Of a DNA stretch of 64,000 nucleotides, positions 9,064 to 18,800 are shown one piece after another (within the stretch, counting starts at the first letter, position 1; each line of letters opens with the position of its first letter). The translations under genes were made by a program, and so were the position numbers. Source of the stretch: Schmidtea nova (Eukaryota); NCBI GenBank assembly GCA_044892505.1, contig CM097883.1, positions 322,958,001 through 323,022,000 on the forward strand. Reading direction: 5' to 3'. Below the pieces are notes generated by a model. The model saw only the letters and a program-made list of their open reading frames with translations, was not told the DNA's origin and did not search any database.

Positions 9064-12000
9064 TATGATGAGAGCAACCAATCAAACAAATACCCACGAG
9101 AAAGAGATTGTGCCAGAAATAAATCCAACAAACCCGAATCCAACCAACAACGAAGGCCGAAAAGAGATAATACAAGAAGATGAAGAAGCAGAAAAAGAAA
9201 CAGAAAAGGAAGTAGAAAAAGAAGGGAACCAAGAAGAGAAAAGGAAACTCGGGAAAAGAGGAATGATGGTAATTTTGCCAAACAAGCACGTGTTTCGATT
9301 CCAATATAACATAAAGGAAGAAGTAGGAATATTGTTCAACAAAGTGAATGAAATGGCTCCAGGAGTAACGAAACTGCCCAGAGAAGCATTCCTAAAAATA
9401 GAAGGTGCACCAGAAGTAAAATTGAAACTAACGGATACATGGGAAAACATGGGAGTAGTAGAGACAAAAAGAAATGTGATGGTAATCAAGGAAATAGAAC
9501 CAGAAGGAATTCCATCGCCAGTGCGTCACGAAACACGAATCAGTCGAATATTTAAAGGGAAAATGATACGAAGACGGTTGGGAGAAATAGACGAGTTAGA
9601 ACGAAAAATGAGAAAGGTCGAAGTAGTAGACGACAAGAGTAAATCAACACAAAAAACTATCAAAAGTGAGACGAAACCAACAGAAAATCCACCAAGCGAA
9701 ACCAACCAAATAAAACACATTAACATGTTGAGAGGCCAGGCAAAGAATTTCTCAGATGACGAAGAGGATAGTGACATCAGTAGTCTAGCAGGGGACATGC
9801 TAAACGAACCGGAAATTGAAGACAAAAAGATAGAAGTAGTAAAGACACCAGAAACTATTCAAGTAAAAGAAGACGAGATCCAGAAATTATTAGATAACGC
9901 GCTAGAAGTAATATATAATGAGGAATTCATCGACAAGAAACACTATCGGAAATTCATGAGAGCAATATTACAAATGAATTATAAAGAGTGGTTATCAGGC
10001 CGAGAAGTAGAAACACTAAGCCAATACGTAGGAAAATTATTAAAAGAACCACTCCATGAATATATAATCCTAATACAGATAAAAACATGTTTGCCAAGGA
10101 TTTGGATCAAAACTCCACTCACGGAGGACATTTATCAATGGGTAGAAGACAGATTAGGGAGTTCGTATAAGAACAAATTCCTCTATTCACAGAATGGACT
10201 AGTGAAGAAAAGGACGCATTTGATAGAAACAGGCATATGGCCAGGAGAGGTGACAACATTATCGATATGCGATGATAAGAGAGAAGAGAACCTACAAGAA
10301 GTAGCAAAGGAAGCGAATACGTGTTTCGAGAAGAAGATAAAACCACGGTTAGAATATGAGAAAGGACGAATCTTACGAGGAAATCTAAACTCCATGATAG
10401 AACAAATCATCCCACAAATCAAAAAACATAGAAAGGAGTTAATGAGAAGCGAGTACGAGAAGCTGAAACGATGTATCGAGTGCATACGTGACACAAGTCA
10501 CACGAGATGGTCACAGATCTCATACGGAAAAGTAATTGCCAAAATGGGAAAAGCAATGTTTAGACAAGGAAAAATAACAGATCTAAAAATTTCAGTGGAA
10601 CTGCCTAATGAGGATACCAAAGAAATTGAAGTGGTAGCAGATTGTACCATAAAAGAATTGGTGAACGTCATCAATGAGACGCTATTACAAAGAGAACCAG
10701 AAGAAGAATGGGAAGATGACATAATCATGAAATATAATGAACATGTATTATGGGATCACGATGAAAGACGGCTATATAAAATTGGTATATGGGATAATCA
10801 CCAAACCATCCACGTTATCAGAATGGACGATACACCAAGAGAAACTGCTAAAGATGAGAAAAGAGAACGGGAACGACAAAAAGAAGTTGTGCATAAATTA
10901 CAACAAATAGTAGACATCTATCGAAATTGGCGGATTTGGCCAGAATGGGAAAATGTATTAGAAGAACTCAATCTCAACAGACGATTACGAACACCTGTAG
11001 AAAAGAAATGGAACGAGCGAGGAAAATGTTGGGAACCAAAAGCAGGCGAATACGAAGAAGAATATGAAATAGGCATAGAAGACGATCACAAACCGGAAAC
11101 CGGAAGAGTCTGTATGGTAACAAGAAAAGCCATGCCAGCGGATTTAGACGGACCAGAAACGGCAACCATGTGGTTGGAAAGAGAAAAACAAAAAACGGAA
11201 GAATTTGTCGAAATATTAAAAACCAATGCTCATGGCAAGAGAAAATTAGTAAAAGGTCTCGCAGATTTTTTCGTAGTTAATGGAGAAGACATAACATGCT
11301 TGCGTAAAGTAGCAAAAGCAATCGCCGAATACAAAAGAGTTAACGAGTGGTGTCCAGAACAATTGGATCACGTAATTAAAAAATGGAGAAACCAAGAATT
11401 CTCGCAGGAATCGCCACAGAAAGTACACCTAAGAATAGTATATCCGAACCAAGAAAAGGAAGAGTTTTGGGTAGGGATAGCGGAGAAAGTTCGAGACATT
11501 AAAAAGAAATTGAGATATGAACCACCATTCCATTTACAACACCAAGGACGATCATTAGATAACAGCTTAGAAATTGGAATAACGCCAGCGCAATTAGATA
11601 TCGCAAATACATTGACAGTGGCAGCAATAGCAGGTCAACCATTGAAATTGAAAGAGGAAAAGAAACCAAAAGGAAGTATGAGTACGCCGAGCCCAACGAA
11701 ATCGGTAATGACTTCAGGAACAAGCTCAGAACAAGCTAGAACAACACCAAGAGAGACAAGAGAAAGAACACCACCAGAACCATACGATGTAGACGAAATT
11801 TTAACAGATAGCGATGATATGTTAGAAGAACTAATAGAGCTAACAAAAGAAAAAGATGATAATATTTTCGAAAGAATCCAAGAATTACCAACAGCAATAC
11901 CGGTAACCAACACCGAAGATGAAGTCGAACAAGAAATAATCATAGAAGAAGTAAATGAAATAGCAGAAGAGGAAGCAAGGAGGGCAAACGTAGAAAACGT

Positions 12001-15000
12001 ACAATTCACACAGGAAATGGAAAGATGGTTAGAAGAAAGAGCCAATGAACCAAGAGACGTCACAGAAGAAACTGGACGAGAAACGAGATTGGTAGAAACG
12101 GGCACGACAATGGATAAACGACCTATAGGTAGACCCAAGATGGATCCAGCAAACGTAGTTATAAAATCAAGAGAGGAAAAAAGACGGGATCAATGGGATT
12201 TGTGTCTAAAGAAACTAAATAAAATAGCCGAAACAAAAGAAAAAGAAACAACACAAACATACCAAGGCGAAGAATGGATATCAAAGATGTTAATAGAAAT
12301 ACTGGCAATAATCGATCCAGAATTAAAGAAATGGTGGAGAATAAGCGAAATAAGCGAAAGGGCAAAATCACTGCATAGCGCCATCGCACCAATCCTACCA
12401 GAACTAATAAAAGAAAAGACAAGGTCAAACCACCTAGATTGGCAAGGAACCACGATGTTGATAAAGAAGTTAACGGGAGGAGCAGAGACGGATAACAAAT
12501 ATTTAATAGCTATAGCATACACCATTTACAATCTGTTGACACTGAGTAGAGGTCGACTAAAACCCACAGCACTTGAAAGACATATAAAGAATACAGCCAA
12601 AATTATAGAGAAAGAAATAGAACCGTACATCATCAGTAAAGGAGGATGGGAAACATTCACAAAACCGAACCAAAAGAAAAACCAAGCCAAAAATATGAAA
12701 AAGAAATTCGAAGAGATATTGGGAGAATTGGAAAAGGAAAAGTCGGGAACAGGAAACGGGAAATCGTCACTAAACTTGAGTTCCATTATTATGATGATGT
12801 TAATATGGATGATTAGTACTGACGGCGCAACAGCATTTGAAGTATTCGATTGCGATCAAATGGCATTAGGTGAAAAATACTCATTACGAGGGACAGAACA
12901 ATGTAAAGACGCAACCCCAACGGAGCTAAAAACATTAAAAAAGAGACAATTATACCACGTATATCAGGAAGCGGAACTGATAAGAACAATGGTCAGAGAA
13001 TGCAAAGTTTATAAAACCAGATTTGCTTTTTATTGTGGGCAGCGCCATTATTCAGCAATCGTGATGCCAGGAACGGAAAGAGAATCGGTAATGCTGCAAG
13101 GAGAAGACTGTGAAAAATTATTCAAACATGGAGAAGTAGAGACTAGAGATAGAGTAAAGATAAGAGGAAAAACGGGAGTGATATTGCAACAAACATATTA
13201 TGTAGCAGGAGCTATTACGGGAGGAGAAGGGTATTGTCAAGGAGCAACATATCCAATATTCGGAGTAGCAGCAACAAACCTAGTAGTAATAGATACGTAT
13301 ACAGTGGAACTAAAAACGTACGAGGCATTCTTCGATCCAACGACGGGAGAAATGAAAACTCTACCTATGTGCAAAATCGAGTCAAACACTTGTCAAACCG
13401 GTATGTCAACCTTAACATACCAGATACGAGGAAAGGAATGTCAACTACAACTGTTAAAGGAAGCAGAATTCGATGAGATACAAGGGAAAACCTTCCAAGA
13501 GGAAGAAGAAGACGAGGCAGCAAGAGGAAAAATACTTCAAGACACCGTACGAGGAGAGAAAAAGATCGAAACACGAACACAAGAAAAACAAATTAAAATG
13601 AGAAATACACCAACGGTACTAATTACCTCAGATGCAGATATCGGAATGAGGTTTGTAAAAGGAAAAACAGCCTTGAAATGCGGAGTAGCCATGTTGGAAA
13701 CCAACTACCCCGGCATTTTCGTATCGAAACAAGAAGTACCTAGTGCGAAACGCAAAGTGAACACGAACGATGTTAAATTACACCTGTACATGAACAATAA
13801 AATGGATTTTCTATTCCATAGAGGACAAGCGTCACTACAAAAAGTGTATTACGACTTAATAAATAACGATTGTATATTAAATAGGGAAATATTAAAGACA
13901 AAACTAGCAGTAGCAATCACAAACCCGGACAGTGCAATGCCACTATTACCATTGAGAGAAGGTCATTTTGGAAGGGTAGTCGGAGAGGTCATGTACGTAT
14001 ACATATGTAAAAAGACAAACGCGAAGGTAGCGACAATGACAAAATTACAACCAGGTCAGTGTACTAACGAACTAGAAATCGAATATAAAGGGAAAGTAAG
14101 ATATGTGCAACCAGTGACAAGAATCATAAATCCAATAAGCTTCGAACCAAATCCTTTCAATTGCAGCAACGCATATGGACCACTATACCAAAAACCAGAC
14201 GGAAATTGGGTTATGTTTCCGTCAAGAACAGAGGTACCAGCACCAAGGGAATTTGAATTGATGCAACTATCAAAAGGACGAAAATTTAAAGACGTAGATG
14301 TAAGTAATATGGGATTCTATAGCGCAAAAGACTTAGAGGCAGCGAGACAAAACATACTATTTCCAGCAAGAAGGGAAGCGGTGCTATCCAGTATTGTAAC
14401 AATAACAGGAGGAACAAATTACCAAGGTGGACCAAATTACGAATTATTATTGTCACCAGCCCACTTTAAGAAGGCAACGGAAAACATGATGAAAGCGATG
14501 TGGGGAAGATTTTTAATATTTGGACAAATGATGGCAGGAATACTTGGTGTTATACTAATTATACAAATAATACGGGTAATAATAACGCAAATGTTAGCCT
14601 GTTTTGACATCTATAAACGAGAAAAGAAAGTAAATTGGAAATTGGTGGTAGGATTCTTACCATTTTTGGCTAAAACAATGGTATTACACGGCCATTCAAA
14701 AGATATTCACCGAATAAAAAGACTCCTAAAAATACTAGCAAAAATGAAAGGAACCGACGAAGAGGTGGGACGAAAATTTAAAAAGATAATGAATAACGAG
14801 CAAACAAGACAACAACTAAAGAAAGAGAGAAAAGGACTATGGGAAAGAATGAAAGGGTACAGAACCCAAGACGATTCCAGTGGCGACGATGATGATGATA
14901 ACGAAGGAGGCCAAGTATATAAAAATCAAGTACCACAATATGTCGAAAAAAATCCAGCAGAAATGTGGAAGTGTTACGCACCCCCACCAACCATGTACCA

Positions 15001-15085
15001 AGAACCAACACCAGGGATGAGACAAAATACAATGCAAATGATGCCGATGACAAACATATATCCTATGATACCAGAAGACTATTGA
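8984..15085 (+). CDS. env: 2033-aa ORF2: ubiquitin-like domains, Bcl-2-like domain, internal signal sequence, chuvirus/gB-like class III envelope glycoprotein, TM and tail
   Basis: UBL-like segments at ~10064-10268, 10583-10822 and 11420-11626. BH2-like IEPYIISKGGWETF at ~12617-12658. Signal-like IIMMMLIWMISTDGATA|FEVFDC. Cys-rich ectodomain with ECKV..FYCG and GHFGRVVGEVMYVYIC. TM at ~14510-14605. Confidence 0.8.
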   Translation: MLRNGQEYKEKRNKKQQERERQPLRINMMRATNQTNTHEKEIVPEINPTNPNPTNNEGRKEIIQEDEEAEKETEKEVEKEGNQEEKRKLGKRGMMVILPNKHVFRFQYNIKEEVGILFNKVNEMAPGVTKLPREAFLKIEGAPEVKLKLTDTWENMGVVETKRNVMVIKEIEPEGIPSPVRHETRISRIFKGKMIRRRLGEIDELERKMRKVEVVDDKSKSTQKTIKSETKPTENPPSETNQIKHINMLRGQAKNFSDDEEDSDISSLAGDMLNEPEIEDKKIEVVKTPETIQVKEDEIQKLLDNALEVIYNEEFIDKKHYRKFMRAILQMNYKEWLSGREVETLSQYVGKLLKEPLHEYIILIQIKTCLPRIWIKTPLTEDIYQWVEDRLGSSYKNKFLYSQNGLVKKRTHLIETGIWPGEVTTLSICDDKREENLQEVAKEANTCFEKKIKPRLEYEKGRILRGNLNSMIEQIIPQIKKHRKELMRSEYEKLKRCIECIRDTSHTRWSQISYGKVIAKMGKAMFRQGKITDLKISVELPNEDTKEIEVVADCTIKELVNVINETLLQREPEEEWEDDIIMKYNEHVLWDHDERRLYKIGIWDNHQTIHVIRMDDTPRETAKDEKRERERQKEVVHKLQQIVDIYRNWRIWPEWENVLEELNLNRRLRTPVEKKWNERGKCWEPKAGEYEEEYEIGIEDDHKPETGRVCMVTRKAMPADLDGPETATMWLEREKQKTEEFVEILKTNAHGKRKLVKGLADFFVVNGEDITCLRKVAKAIAEYKRVNEWCPEQLDHVIKKWRNQEFSQESPQKVHLRIVYPNQEKEEFWVGIAEKVRDIKKKLRYEPPFHLQHQGRSLDNSLEIGITPAQLDIANTLTVAAIAGQPLKLKEEKKPKGSMSTPSPTKSVMTSGTSSEQARTTPRETRERTPPEPYDVDEILTDSDDMLEELIELTKEKDDNIFERIQELPTAIPVTNTEDEVEQEIIIEEVNEIAEEEARRANVENVQFTQEMERWLEERANEPRDVTEETGRETRLVETGTTMDKRPIGRPKMDPANVVIKSREEKRRDQWDLCLKKLNKIAETKEKETTQTYQGEEWISKMLIEILAIIDPELKKWWRISEISERAKSLHSAIAPILPELIKEKTRSNHLDWQGTTMLIKKLTGGAETDNKYLIAIAYTIYNLLTLSRGRLKPTALERHIKNTAKIIEKEIEPYIISKGGWETFTKPNQKKNQAKNMKKKFEEILGELEKEKSGTGNGKSSLNLSSIIMMMLIWMISTDGATAFEVFDCDQMALGEKYSLRGTEQCKDATPTELKTLKKRQLYHVYQEAELIRTMVRECKVYKTRFAFYCGQRHYSAIVMPGTERESVMLQGEDCEKLFKHGEVETRDRVKIRGKTGVILQQTYYVAGAITGGEGYCQGATYPIFGVAATNLVVIDTYTVELKTYEAFFDPTTGEMKTLPMCKIESNTCQTGMSTLTYQIRGKECQLQLLKEAEFDEIQGKTFQEEEEDEAARGKILQDTVRGEKKIETRTQEKQIKMRNTPTVLITSDADIGMRFVKGKTALKCGVAMLETNYPGIFVSKQEVPSAKRKVNTNDVKLHLYMNNKMDFLFHRGQASLQKVYYDLINNDCILNREILKTKLAVAITNPDSAMPLLPLREGHFGRVVGEVMYVYICKKTNAKVATMTKLQPGQCTNELEIEYKGKVRYVQPVTRIINPISFEPNPFNCSNAYGPLYQKPDGNWVMFPSRTEVPAPREFELMQLSKGRKFKDVDVSNMGFYSAKDLEAARQNILFPARREAVLSSIVTITGGTNYQGGPNYELLLSPAHFKKATENMMKAMWGRFLIFGQMMAGILGVILIIQIIRVIITQMLACFDIYKREKKVNWKLVVGFLPFLAKTMVLHGHSKDIHRIKRLLKILAKMKGTDEEVGRKFKKIMNNEQTRQQLKKERKGLWERMKGYRTQDDSSGDDDDDNEGGQVYKNQVPQYVEKNPAEMWKCYAPPPTMYQEPTPGMRQNTMQMMPMTNIYPMIPEDY

Positions 15086-15139
15086 ACGAGACGGTGCAGA
15101 AGCGTAGATCCGCAAGGAGACTCACATACAATTGCAGTA

Positions 15140-15817
15140 ATGTCATCAAACACCGGTCCAGTATTAACCACCACAATCGAAATTAACGGAAGGGAAATTG
15201 AAGCGATGATTGATACAGGAGCAAATATCTCAGCAATAGATATAAAATGGATACCACAAGAACAAAGACGGGAGATTGAGAGAACCAACGTTCACGTAAT
15301 AGCATGCAGTAAAGAAGTAGTAGAAGTTGCCGGAAGATGGTGGGTAAAGATAAAACATCAAAACACGGAAATCGAAACGTACGTAGCAGTAATACCAGCA
15401 CTAAGCGTACCATGCATTATAGGCACGGATCTGATGCCAGCATTATTTAAAGAAATAGTTATTGATCTCGGAACAATGAGACTAAAGGATAGGACAGGAC
15501 AGATATGCGCAATAGAAGCAAAAGTAACAAGTTCGAAACAAATAATCGTACCAGCCCGGAGAGAGAAAATATGTTTCGTAAAAATAGATCCTACAATAGA
15601 AGGTGACATGATCTTTGAACCCAGTAAAAGATTTGAAAAGAGAAAGTCGTTGCCAATGGCAAGGGGATTAGTGAGTGCGAATGACAACGGAGAAATCCCA
15701 ATAAATGTAGTAAATTTCGATGAAGAGGATAAAATAATTTATGAAAATGAAAGATTAGGTAAACTAACTCCAATGATGGATATCGAAATACCAATAAGAG
15801 AGGGAGAAAAAAGATGA
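15140..15817 (+). CDS. Retropepsin aspartic protease followed by a possible degenerate dUTPase-like spacer
   Basis: AMIDTGANISAI catalytic motif and CIIGTDLM flap-distal motif. In frame with ORF2 across a single TGA. Confidence 0.92.
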   Translation: MSSNTGPVLTTTIEINGREIEAMIDTGANISAIDIKWIPQEQRREIERTNVHVIACSKEVVEVAGRWWVKIKHQNTEIETYVAVIPALSVPCIIGTDLMPALFKEIVIDLGTMRLKDRTGQICAIEAKVTSSKQIIVPARREKICFVKIDPTIEGDMIFEPSKRFEKRKSLPMARGLVSANDNGEIPINVVNFDEEDKIIYENERLGKLTPMMDIEIPIREGEKR

Positions 15818-18800
15818 AGAACCCACCTGGAACATTGATAGCCAACTATTAAATGAGGATCAAAAGAAACAGCTAGAAAGATTACTGATAGAATATAAAG
15901 ACATATTCGCAGCATCCGATTTAGATCTAGGGACATGCGACGTCACACTACATACGATTCCACTAACAGACGAAACGCCGATTGCGTTAAGACCATACAA
16001 GTTAGCTGAAGCGCAAAAATCAGTAGCAGAAGCAGAAGTACAGAAAATGCTAGACGCAGAAGTAATTGAACCAAGCTGCTCACCGTGGCAATTCCCAGTT
16101 GTAATGGTGAAAAAGAAAGACGGAACACAACGATTTTGTATTGATTATCGGAGATTAAATGCGGTAACAAAACGGGATACATACCCATTACCAGACATCA
16201 ACGAGATGTTATTGACATTACAAGGAGCGGCATATTTTACATCATTGGATTTGAAAAGCGGATACTGGCAAATTAAAATGAAGGAGGAAGACAAAGAGAA
16301 AACTGCTTTCACTATCGGAAGAGACTTGTACCAATTTAGGAAAATGCCATTCGGACTAACCAATGCGCCAGCATCATTTCAAAGATGTATGAATTTCGTT
16401 ACCCACGGCATAAAACAATGCATGGTTTACATTGATGACCTACTAATCTACTCAAGCACATTTGAACAACACATCCAAGATATCAGAGATGTATTTGTGA
16501 GATTGAGACAATGGAAACTCAAGCTCAAACCATCGAAATGCGATTGGGCAAAGGAGAAAGTGACATTCTTAGGACATATTGTGTCCGCAAAAGGAAAGGA
16601 ACCAGATCCCAGAAACATTGATAAAGTAAAAGAATGTCCAGTACCAAAGACGATAACGCAGATCCAAGAATTTCTCGGATTATGCGGTTACTATAGGAAA
16701 TTCATAAAGGATTACGCAGGAATTGCAAAACCAATCCAAGAACTAGTGAAGAAAGACGTATCATTCATATGGGGAAGCGAACAACAAACCGCCTTCGAAA
16801 CATTGAGAGATAAGTTAATAACTGCACCAATATTGGTTCACCCGGATTTCAAGAAGCCGTTCTTACTCGCGACTGACGCAAGTGGATATGCAGCAGGAGC
16901 AGTGTTAGGACAATATGATGACGAAAGTAAAGAACGAGTAATTGGATACTATAGCAGAACATTCAAGAAACACGAGAAGAATTATTCAGTAACGGAAAGA
17001 GAAGCATTGGCGATAATATTAGCAATAAAACACTTTAAATATCTACTATGGGGACACGTTATATGCATAACCACGGATCATCAACCACTTGTATGGCTAG
17101 GACAACATAAGGAAACATCCAGCAGATTAATGAGATGGGCGATGCAATTACAAGAATATTCACCAGATATAAAATTCAAATCAGGAAAAGCGAATGCCAA
17201 CGCAGATTGCATGTCAAGATTAACGTTTCCAGAACTAACAGACCCAGAAGTGCAAAGAATATGCATAGTGATAGCAGAGGATTTGGATTTCAGCGAGTTA
17301 AAGAAAGATCAGCAAGAGGATAAAGAACTAGGACCCATAAAAGAATTCCTAAGCTCACGGAATATGGATGTATTCAAAGACAATGCGGAGTTAAAAGAAC
17401 ACATGAGGAAATACCAACATCGATACACAATAGAAAAAGGATGGTTGTTAATACAAGATGGAGAGAAACGATTAATGTGTCTGCCAGGCAATAGACGAAA
17501 AGAGATAATAACTCAATACCACGACGGAAAGTTGGGAGGACACATGTCCGACAAGAAAACATTAGATCGCATGAGACAAAAATATTATTGGCCAACAATG
17601 GACGAGGACGTAAAGGAATGGATAAAGAACTGTTTAACTTGTGCCACAAGAAAAGATAGTGGGAAGAAATGGAAAAATCCCTTAAAACCCATGCCGATAC
17701 CAGCAGAACCAATGACTACCATTGCGATGGATGTAATAGGACCGTTGCCAGAAAGTTTAAACGGGAATCAATATATATTGGTAATAACGGATTATTTGAC
17801 TAAATTCCCTGAGGCATTTGCGATGCCGGATCAAAAAGCAAAGACCGTAGCAAGAATTTTAGTAGAGGAAATATGTTGTCGATACGGAACCCCGAAACAA
17901 ATACTGACAGATCAAGGAACAAATTTTATGAGCGAAATATTAGATGAAGTAACAAACTACTTCAGAATAGCCAAATTACGAACGTCACCATATCATCCGC
18001 AAACCAATGGACAAACGGAAAGATTTAACGGCACATTGATTCGAATGTTATCCAATTATGTAAGCAAACATCAAACAGATTGGGATGAATACGTAAAGCT
18101 ATGTCTAATGGCATACCGAATGTCGATACACGCAGCAACAAAACTGAGTCCATTTCAATTAATGTATGGAAGGGAATGCAATATGCCAATAGATCTTGAA
18201 TATCAACCACCTTTGTCTCAATATATGGAGGAAGATGATTACGTCACCAAATTCAAAGAACGAATGCAAGAGATATGGAAGACAGCAGAACTAAACATAA
18301 AGTTTTATCAAGAAAGTTACAAGGACCTACACGATCAAAAGAAAAATGTTAAAACAAATAATCTTAAACCCGGAGATTGGGTAATGATAGAAACCCCAGA
18401 AATAATACCAGGAACCGTTAAAAAACTACAAAGACCAGGAAAAGGCCCTTACGAAGTTATATACAAAAAGGAAAACAATGTGAAGGTAAAACTTGTTAAT
18501 CGACCATTGATACGACCAATATACGTTAATACATGCAGATGTAAGAAAGTACCAAAAACAATAACCACAGCGCCAGAAGAACGAATAATAACCAGATCCC
18601 AGACAGCCAGAATGAATATGCTCAGAGCAACCAATGAAAGTACCGAAGCAGAAAACAATCAACAAGAAAAAAGAAACAAGGAAATTGTACTAAAAGCCAG
18701 AGAAATAATGGGAAAATGGCATGTCAGAGACGATATATTAAGAGATATACAGTTGATAATTAGTGATTACGCAAGGGGACTACCAACAAAACCAGTCATT

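Noticed and set aside
12836-14510. Errantivirus/baculovirus-F type env
   Set aside because: Cys pattern and position (5' of pol) do not fit; the motifs fit chuvirus/gB-like proteins better.
15083-15085. Alternative genetic code with TGA as sense
   Set aside because: TGA ends other ORFs of the same element (3412, 26510) and does not recur within the long frames.
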